From NCBI RefSeq assembly GCF_030013205.1, contig NZ_CP122648.1: 64,000 nucleotides of DNA; one strand, given 5' to 3'. The position numbers and the translations under genes are program-made. Shown here one piece after another: positions 55,680-64,000 of this stretch. Source of the stretch: Escherichia coli (lineage in GTDB: Bacteria > Pseudomonadota > Gammaproteobacteria > Enterobacterales > Enterobacteriaceae). Position 1 is the stretch's first letter, and each line of letters starts with the position of its first letter. The notes under the pieces are model-generated. The model was not told where the DNA came from, did not search any database, and saw nothing but the letters and a program-made list of their open reading frames with translations.

Positions 55680-55796
55680 TATGACTCAAATACACGAAAT
55701 CATTCGCGTTGCATCGAGGCGGCAACTGAGTGAACTCCCATGAGCATAGATAACTATGTGAATGGGATGAGCGAAGGCAGTCAACGAAGAGGCAGC

Positions 55797-56249
55797 GTGA
55801 AGGATAAAGTGTATAAGCGTCCCGTTTCGATCTTAGTGGTCATCTATGCACAAGATACGAAACGGGTGCTGATGTTGCAGCGGCGTGACGATCCCGATTT
55901 CTGGCAGTCGGTAACCGGCAGCGTGGAAGAGGGGGAAACCGCGCCGCAAGCTGCCATGCGCGAAGTAAAGGAAGAGGTCACCATTGATGTTGTCGCTGAA
56001 CAACTGACCTTAATTGACTGTCAGCGCACGGTAGAGTTTGAAATTTTTTCACATTTACGTCATCGCTATGCGCCGGGCGTGACGCGTAATACGGAATCAT
56101 GGTTCTGTCTTGCGCTTCCGCACGAGCGCCAGATCGTTTTCACTGAACATCTGGCTTACAAGTGGCTTGATGCGTCTGCTGCGGCGGCGCTCACTAAGTC
56201 CTGGAGCAACCGGCAGGCGATTGAACAGTTTGTAATTAACGCTGCCTGA
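55797..56249 (+). CDS. nudB: dihydroneopterin triphosphate diphosphatase NudB (Nudix), 150 aa, GTG start
   Basis: (M)[60 protein letters not shown]udix box; ORF-track start trimmed. Confidence 0.9.
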
Positions 56250-56277
56250 ACAGGCAGGGCTATCTGGAGATATTTTT

Positions 56278-57018
56278 ATGGCAGGTCATAGTAAATGGGC
56301 CAACACCAGACATCGTAAAGCTGCGCAGGATGCTAAGCGCGGTAAAATCTTCACTAAAATCATTCGTGAGCTGGTAACCGCGGCTAAGCTGGGCGGTGGT
56401 GATCCGGACGCTAACCCGCGTTTGCGTGCAGCAATTGATAAAGCACTGTCTAACAACATGACCCGTGACACTCTGAACCGCGCAATTGCACGAGGTGTGG
56501 GCGGTGATGATGATGCAAACATGGAAACCATCATCTACGAAGGTTACGGTCCTGGCGGCACGGCAATCATGATTGAATGTCTGTCTGACAACCGCAACCG
56601 TACCGTTGCTGAAGTGCGTCATGCATTCAGCAAATGTGGCGGTAACCTCGGTACTGATGGTTCCGTAGCTTATCTGTTCAGCAAAAAAGGCGTGATCTCC
56701 TTCGAGAAAGGCGATGAAGACACCATCATGGAAGCAGCGCTGGAAGCAGGTGCTGAAGACGTTGTGACCTATGATGACGGCGCAATTGATGTCTACACTG
56801 CATGGGAAGAAATGGGTAAAGTGCGCGACGCTCTGGAAGCGGCAGGTCTGAAAGCAGACAGCGCGGAAGTTTCCATGATCCCGTCCACCAAAGCTGATAT
56901 GGATGCAGAAACCGCACCGAAACTGATGCGTCTGATCGATATGCTGGAAGATTGCGACGACGTGCAGGAAGTCTACCATAACGGTGAAATCTCTGATGAG
57001 GTTGCAGCGACTCTCTGA
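56278..57018 (+). CDS. yebC: YebC/PmpR-family transcriptional regulator, 246 aa
   Basis: [73 protein letters not shown]. Confidence 0.94.
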
Positions 57019-57052
57019 TGGGGCCTGCTAAACAGCAAAACGGAGACGCGTG

Positions 57053-57574
57053 ATGGCTATTATTCTCGGCATTGACCCGGGTTCGCGCGTGACCGGCTAT
57101 GGCGTCATCCGCCAGGTAGGCAGGCAACTCTCCTACCTGGGTAGCGGATGCATACGCACCAAAGTGGATGATTTACCGTCTCGTCTGAAGCTCATCTATG
57201 CGGGCGTGACGGAAATCATTACCCAGTTCCAGCCTGATTATTTCGCCATTGAACAAGTCTTTATGGCGAAGAACGCTGACTCAGCCCTGAAACTGGGGCA
57301 GGCACGCGGCGTGGCGATTGTGGCGGCGGTGAATCAGGAATTGCCGGTATTTGAATATGCGGCACGTCAGGTAAAGCAAACGGTGGTAGGTATTGGTAGT
57401 GCTGAAAAAAGCCAGGTGCAGCATATGGTCCGCACCTTGCTGAAACTGCCCGCTAATCCACAAGCGGACGCCGCCGATGCGTTAGCTATCGCGATTACCC
57501 ATTGTCACGTCAGTCAGAATGCGATGCAGATGAGCGAATCGCGGCTGAACCTGGCGAGAGGGCGACTGCGTTAA
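57053..57574 (+). CDS. ruvC: Holliday junction resolvase RuvC, 173 aa
   Basis: [86 protein letters not shown]. Confidence 0.95.
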
Positions 57575-57575
57575 G

Positions 57576-58178
57576 TTATACCGCCTCGGTCAGTTCCGGC
57601 TGAGGCGTTTCTACTCCCTCCGCATGAATCAACACCAAACCCGGATGATGCCACAAACTGGCTGGCGTGACGGTTTTACGCTCCCACGGAATAGAACCCA
57701 GGAACCAGAATTTCCAGAAAGTGAGTTTTGCATTCGGATTGCTATTTAACAATTCTCCAAACGTCTCTATTTCACCCACCGGAATACATAGCGCCTCTTT
57801 ATAAATATCAAAAACAAATTTTGAACAGAACTGGCGCGAAGATTCGTATTTAAAACCGGTGTGGTAAAGTTTGCGTAGCCGGGAGGGAACCTGTTCAACA
57901 ATTCGTTGTTTTTGTTGTTCTGTAAGCCCGGCGTCTAATCGCTTTATAGCATAGCGTTGATTAGAAGAACGTTTAATAAAACGAGATAGCGTGGTGATGG
58001 TTGAAAGGGGAACCCGGCTTTCTGCAACCAGGAAGTCTTCACCGTTATGACCGATAATGATCCCGACGTGATTACTCCAGCAATTTGATGCAGCTGATAT
58101 TTGACCAAATAAGGCAGCACCTATACATGTAAAGACGATATCACCAATTTCATATTCAGCAGGATAATTAATATTCAC
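57576..58178 (-). CDS. yebB: uncharacterized protein YebB, about 200 aa (start uncertain; ORF extends to ATG at 58211)
   Basis: ...[71 protein letters not shown]... convergent with ruvC. Confidence 0.8.
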   Translation of the reverse strand: MNINYPAEYEIGDIVFTCIGAALFGQISAASNCWSNHVGIIIGHNGEDFLVAESRVPLSTITTLSRFIKRSSNQRYAIKRLDAGLTEQQKQRIVEQVPSRLRKLYHTGFKYESSRQFCSKFVFDIYKEALCIPVGEIETFGELLNSNPNAKLTFWKFWFLGSIPWERKTVTPASLWHHPGLVLIHAEGVETPQPELTEAV

Positions 58179-58383
58179 GTTGTCATTCCATTGAAATAGA
58201 TACGAATACACGTAATAGCATAAAAAATTTATTTTTTCAGGAGTCGCAATGTATATTTTTATTACGCATTTCTTCGCTGAATATGTAATATTTAAATATT
58301 TGCTTCCAATATAACCTGTAGAATAAATTATACTGCGCCATTTTTCAGATCATCGGGACGCCTCGCAAGTTTTCTTCATCCTT

Positions 58384-58403
58384 CGCTGGATATCTATCCA
58401 GCA
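58384..58403. promoter_or_regulatory. LexA (SOS) box upstream of ruvAB
   Basis: cgCTGGatatctatCCAGca, palindromic CTG-N10-CAG operator about 50 nt upstream of ruvA start. Confidence 0.7.
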
Positions 58404-58452
58404 TTTTTTTATCATACAGCATTATCTTTGATTCATTACGCAGGAGCGTCAT

Positions 58453-59064
58453 GTGATAGGCAGACTCAGAGGCATCATCATTGAAAAACAACCCCCGCTG
58501 GTGTTAATTGAAGTGGGCGGCGTAGGCTATGAAGTGCATATGCCGATGACCTGTTTTTATGAACTCCCTGAAGCGGGTCAGGAAGCGATCGTTTTCACCC
58601 ACTTTGTGGTGCGTGAAGACGCGCAATTGCTGTACGGTTTTAACAATAAACAAGAGCGCACGTTGTTCAAAGAGTTGATCAAAACCAACGGCGTCGGCCC
58701 GAAGTTGGCGCTGGCGATCCTCTCCGGAATGTCAGCGCAGCAGTTCGTTAATGCCGTTGAGCGTGAAGAAGTGGGGGCGCTGGTGAAACTGCCGGGTATT
58801 GGCAAAAAAACCGCCGAACGCTTGATTGTTGAAATGAAAGACCGATTTAAAGGTTTGCATGGCGATCTCTTTACGCCAGCCGCCGACCTGGTACTCACGT
58901 CTCCTGCCAGCCCGGCGACCGACGATGCTGAACAGGAAGCGGTTGCTGCGCTGGTGGCGCTGGGCTATAAACCACAAGAAGCAAGCCGCATGGTGAGCAA
59001 AATCGCTCGCCCTGACGCCAGCAGTGAAACATTAATTCGCGAAGCCCTACGCGCCGCGTTATGA
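58453..59064 (+). CDS. ruvA: Holliday junction branch migration protein RuvA, 203 aa, GTG start
   Basis: (M)[74 protein letters not shown]. Confidence 0.95.
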   Translation: MIGRLRGIIIEKQPPLVLIEVGGVGYEVHMPMTCFYELPEAGQEAIVFTHFVVREDAQLLYGFNNKQERTLFKELIKTNGVGPKLALAILSGMSAQQFVNAVEREEVGALVKLPGIGKKTAERLIVEMKDRFKGLHGDLFTPAADLVLTSPASPATDDAEQEAVAALVALGYKPQEASRMVSKIARPDASSETLIREALRAAL

Positions 59065-59069
59065 GGTAA

Positions 59070-60083
<1,014 letters not shown>

Positions 60084-60213
60084 GTCGGATCGGTCGCTCG
60101 CGGCGCATCCGACACTGGCAGTGTTGCCTGATGCGCCGCCGTTCGCGTCTTATCAGGCCAGCCAGAGATAGCGAACCGTAGGTCGGATAAGGCGCTCGCG
60201 CCGCATCCGACAA
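60084..60213. repeat. REP/BIME cluster (three REP units) between ruvB and znuB
   Basis: gtcggatcggtcgctcgcggcgcatccgaca; gcctgatgcgccgccgttcgcgtcttatcaggcc; gtaggtcggataaggcgctcgcgccgcatccgacaa. Confidence 0.75.
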
Positions 60214-60230
60214 ATGTGTTCAGCGACAGA

Positions 60231-61016
60231 TTAGCTGGCCTGCTTTTTCATCATACTGATAATAAATAACAGTGCCGCACATAGCACCACCGACGGACCT
60301 GCAGGTGTATCATAAAATGCGGAAAAGGTTAAACCGCCAGTCACTGCCACCATCCCCACCAAAACAGCGATACCAGCCATCTGTTCCGGCGTGCGGGCAA
60401 AGCGACGCGCAGTAGCTGCAGGAATAATTAGCAACGAAGTAATAATCAACGCGCCGACAAATTTCATCGCTACACCAATCGTCAATGCCGTCACCAGCAT
60501 CAACAACAATTTCACGCGCTGTAATTTCACACCATCAACAAACGCCAGATCCGGGCTAATCGTCATCGACAGCAAATTGCGCCATTGCCAGAACAAAATC
60601 GCCACCACGATGACCACGCCAATTGCAATAGAGATGAGATCTTCTGGTGTCACTGCCAGCAAATCACCGAACAGGTAAGCCATCAAATCAACACGAATAT
60701 TAGACATCAGACTAACGACCACCAGGCCCAGCGACAGGGCACTGTGCGCCATAATCCCTAATAACGTGTCGATCGCCAGCTGTGGACGCTTCTCCAGCCA
60801 TACCAGACCGCCCGCCAGCAGCAGCGTAACGGCAATTACCGCATAGAATGGATTCACGTCCAGCAACAAACCAAACGCGACGCCAAGTAATGAGGCATGA
60901 GCCAGCGTATCACCGAAATAAGACATACGACGCCAGACCACAAACGAACCCAGCGGACCCGCGGCACAGGCGAGCATGATCCCGGCTAACCAACCGGGAA
61001 ATAATAATTCAATCAT
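60231..61016 (-). CDS. znuB: zinc ABC transporter permease ZnuB, 261 aa
   Basis: [70 protein letters not shown]... Confidence 0.94.
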
Positions 61017-61768
61017 GAGCGATCATTTCCCCGACGCAAAACAATTCGTCCCTGTAAATCGTGACGATGATTATGATGATGGCGATAGATACCCAGTTGT
61101 TCAGCACCACGAGGACCAAACATAGAAATAAACTCCGGATGCAGGGAAACAACTTCCGGTGTACCGGAACAACAAATGTGGTGATTCAGGCAAAGCACTT
61201 CATCGGTTTTTGCCATTACCAGATGCAGATCGTGAGAGACCATTAAAACGCCACAATCCAGTTCGCGACGCAACTGGTCAATAAGGTCATATAACGCCAC
61301 CTGACCATTCACATCAACGCCTTGAGTGGGTTCATCCAGCACTAATAATTGCGGTCGATTTAACAATGCTCGCGCTAACAATACACGCTGTGTTTCGCCA
61401 CCCGAGAGCTTTTGCATCGGTGCGTTAATCAGATGCCCGGCCTGGACACGTTTCAGTGCAGGCAAAATATCTTCTTTATGTGTGCCAGGGCGTAAGCGTA
61501 AAAAACGGTTTACGGTAAGTGGCAACGTGGTGTCGAGATACAGCTTCTGCGGTACATAGCCGATGCGCAGTTTTCCGTTGCGCTTGATAACCCCTTCATC
61601 GGGTGTTACCAGCCCGAGCACTACCCGTACCAGTGTCGACTTACCTGCGCCATTTGGCCCAAGTAAAGTCAAAATTTTTCCAGGTTTAAGTTCCAGCGAC
61701 ACATCAGAGAGGACGCGGCGTTGGCCAAAAGAAACCGAGACATTTTCCAGGGAAACCAGACTTGTCAT
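61013..61768 (-). CDS. znuC: zinc ABC transporter ATP-binding protein ZnuC, 251 aa
   Basis: Walker [10 protein letters not shown], signature LSGGETQRV, Walker [13 protein letters not shown]; stop overlaps znuB start. Confidence 0.95.
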
Positions 61769-61794
61769 GTTAATTTTAGTCTTGCAGTAGTCAT

Positions 61795-61814
61795 GAAATG
61801 TTATAATATCACAC
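61795..61814. promoter_or_regulatory. Zur box in divergent znuCB / znuA promoter region
   Basis: gaaatgttataatatcacac (reverse complement gtgatattataacatttc), AT-rich palindrome typical of the Zur operator, between znuC start and znuA start. Confidence 0.7.
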
Positions 61815-61846
61815 TTCTCATATTCATTACGATGATTGGTCGCATT

Positions 61847-62779
61847 ATGTTACATAAAAAAACGCTTCTTTTCGCAGCATTATCCGCCGCTCTCTGGGGC
61901 GGTGCAACACAGGCCGCAGATGCTGCCGTTGTCGCTTCGCTTAAACCCGTTGGGTTCATCGCTTCTGCCATTGCTGATGGGGTAACAGAAACGGAGGTTT
62001 TACTACCTGACGGCGCTTCAGAACATGATTATTCACTGCGTCCATCAGATGTAAAACGCTTACAGAACGCGGACTTAGTCGTTTGGGTTGGCCCGGAGAT
62101 GGAAGCGTTCATGCAAAAACCGGTAAGTAAATTACCTGAAGCGAAACAGGTAACGATTGCGCAGCTAGAGAATGTGAAACCGCTGCTGATGAAAAGTATT
62201 CACGGCGATGATGATGATCACGACCACGCGGAAAAAAGTGACGAAGATCACCATCACGGCGATTTCAACATGCATCTTTGGCTTTCCCCAGAGATAGCGC
62301 GGGCTACAGCGGTTGCAATCCATGGAAAATTAGTGGAACTTATGCCGCAAAGTCGAGCCAAACTTGACGCCAACCTGAAGGATTTTGAGGCACAATTAGC
62401 CTCAACCGAAAAGCAGGTTGGTAACGAGCTCGCGCCGCTCAAGGGGAAAGGTTATTTCGTTTTTCACGATGCTTACGGCTATTTCGAAAAACAGTTCGGA
62501 CTGACACCGCTTGGTCATTTTACCGTTAACCCTGAGATTCAACCTGGCGCGCAGCGTTTACATGAAATAAGAACACAGTTGGTTGAGCAAAAAGCAACCT
62601 GCGTTTTTGCTGAGCCACAGTTCAGGCCAGCGGTCGTTGAGAGCGTCGCACGAGGGACATCCGTTCGTATGGGAACGTTGGATCCCCTGGGGACGAATAT
62701 CAAACTGGGTAAAACAAGCTATTCAGAATTCCTGAGTCAATTAGCCAACCAGTATGCGAGCTGCCTGAAAGGAGATTAA
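61847..62779 (+). CDS. znuA: zinc-binding periplasmic protein ZnuA, 310 aa
   Basis: [23 protein letters not shown] signal peptide; His/Asp/Glu-rich loop [28 protein letters not shown]-track start at 61721 trimmed. Confidence 0.94.
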
Positions 62780-62794
62780 TGAGGAAGTGATTAC

Positions 62795-64000
62795 GTGCAA
62801 CAGATAGCCCGCTCTGTCGCCCTGGCGTTTAATAATTTACCGCGACCACACCGCGTTATGTTGGGGTCGCTCACCGTTCTTACTCTGGCCGTCGCTGTCT
62901 GGCGGCCCTATGTTTATCACCGCGATGCCACGCCAATTGTCAAAACCATTGAGCTGGAACAGAACGAAATTCGTTCGCTCTTACCTGAAGCCAGTGAGCC
63001 GATTGATCAAGCTGCACAAGAAGATGAAGCCATTCCCCAGGATGAACTGGATGACAAAATCGCCGGTGAAGCGGGCGTGCATGAATATGTTGTTTCCACT
63101 GGCGATACGCTAAGCAGCATTCTCAATCAGTATGGTATTGATATGGGTGATATCACCCAACTGGCTGCTGCCGACAAAGAATTGCGTAACCTGAAAATCG
63201 GTCAACAACTCTCCTGGACATTAACCGCGGACGGCGAACTGCAGCGCCTCACCTGGGAAGTGTCTCGTCGTGAAACCCGAACCTATGACCGTACTGCCGC
63301 TAACGGTTTTAAAATGACCAGCGAAATGCAGCAAGGAGAGTGGGTCAACAATCTGCTGAAAGGTACCGTCGGGGGAAGCTTTGTTGCCAGCGCCAGAAAC
63401 GCCGGTTTAACCAGCGCCGAAGTGAGCGCAGTGATTAAAGCCATGCAGTGGCAAATGGATTTCCGCAAACTGAAAAAAGGCGATGAATTTGCGGTGTTAA
63501 TGTCACGAGAAATGCTTGATGGTAAACGTGAGCAAAGCCAACTGCTGGGCGTACGTTTGCGTTCAGAAGGTAAAGATTATTACGCAATCCGCGCTGAAGA
63601 TGGCAAATTCTACGATCGTAACGGTACTGGTCTGGCGAAAGGATTCTTGCGATTCCCGACGGCGAAACAGTTCCGTATCTCGTCTAACTTTAACCCACGT
63701 CGTACTAATCCGGTGACCGGCCGCGTTGCGCCACACAGAGGTGTTGATTTCGCCATGCCACAAGGTACGCCAGTGCTTTCAGTGGGTGACGGTGAAGTGG
63801 TGGTTGCCAAACGCAGTGGCGCAGCAGGTTATTATGTGGCTATTCGTCATGGTCGCAGCTACACCACGCGTTATATGCACTTGCGCAAGATTCTGGTGAA
63901 ACCGGGACAGAAGGTGAAACGTGGCGACCGTATCGCGCTTTCCGGTAATACCGGACGTTCAACCGGGCCGCATCTGCACTATGAAGTATGGATAAACCAG
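62795..64000 (+). CDS. mepM: murein DD-endopeptidase MepM (YebA), N-terminal 402 codons; 3' end beyond window
   Basis: GTG start; (M)QQIARSVALAFNNLPRPHRVMLGSLTVLTLAVAVWRPYVYHRDATPIVKTIELEQ... through LysM and M23 peptidase region ...GPHLHYEVWINQ; open to window end, so absent from ORF track. Confidence 0.9.
   Translation, partial: MQQIARSVALAFNNLPRPHRVMLGSLTVLTLAVAVWRPYVYHRDATPIVKTIELEQNEIRSLLPEASEPIDQAAQEDEAIPQDELDDKIAGEAGVHEYVVSTGDTLSSILNQYGIDMGDITQLAAADKELRNLKIGQQLSWTLTADGELQRLTWEVSRRETRTYDRTAANGFKMTSEMQQGEWVNNLLKGTVGGSFVASARNAGLTSAEVSAVIKAMQWQMDFRKLKKGDEFAVLMSREMLDGKREQSQLLGVRLRSEGKDYYAIRAEDGKFYDRNGTGLAKGFLRFPTAKQFRISSNFNPRRTNPVTGRVAPHRGVDFAMPQGTPVLSVGDGEVVVAKRSGAAGYYVAIRHGRSYTTRYMHLRKILVKPGQKVKRGDRIALSGNTGRSTGPHLHYEVWINQ

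Noticed and set aside
56260-56979. 239-aa ORF antisense to yebC
   Set aside because: Nested in yebC on the opposite strand; Cys/His-rich composition reflects the reverse complement of an acidic, Ala-rich gene rather than a real metalloprotein.

Overview
This window reads as core Escherichia coli-type chromosome, inverted relative to K-12 coordinates, and I found no evidence of a novel or undescribed system in it. Gene order is fliD(partial)-fliC-fliA-fliZ-tcyJ-dcyD-tcyL-tcyN-sdiA-yecF-uvrY-uvrC-pgsA-tRNA(Gly,Cys,Leu)-yecA-tyrP-yecH-ftnA-yecR-azuC-yecJ-ftnB-araFGH-otsBA-uspC-flhDC-motAB-cheAW-[IS200-like]-tar-tap-cheRBYZ-flhBAE-argS-yecM-cutC-torYZ-cmoBA-yecN-yecE-yecD-aspS-nudB-yebC-ruvC-yebB-ruvAB-znuBC-znuA-mepM(partial). 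All identifications are from reading the translations and motifs myself; no database search was run. Start codons were trimmed from the ORF track to the conserved N-termini I recognise. The departures from the K-12 layout I could see are: (1) an IS200/IS605-family element (about 0.7 kb, Y1/HuH transposase) between the cheW terminator and the tar sigma28 promoter; (2) a 595-aa fliC allele with a long central variable domain, not the 498-aa K-12 form; (3) no yecT-like gene between flhE and argS; (4) no IS element upstream of flhDC. Consensus sigma28 promoters (TAAA-N15-GCCGATAA) sit upstream of fliC, fliD, tar and motA, the last inside the 3' end of flhC. Other supported sites are a LexA box before ruvAB, a Zur box between znuCB and znuA, a TyrR box before tyrP, a CRP site before azuC, and three REP/BIME clusters.
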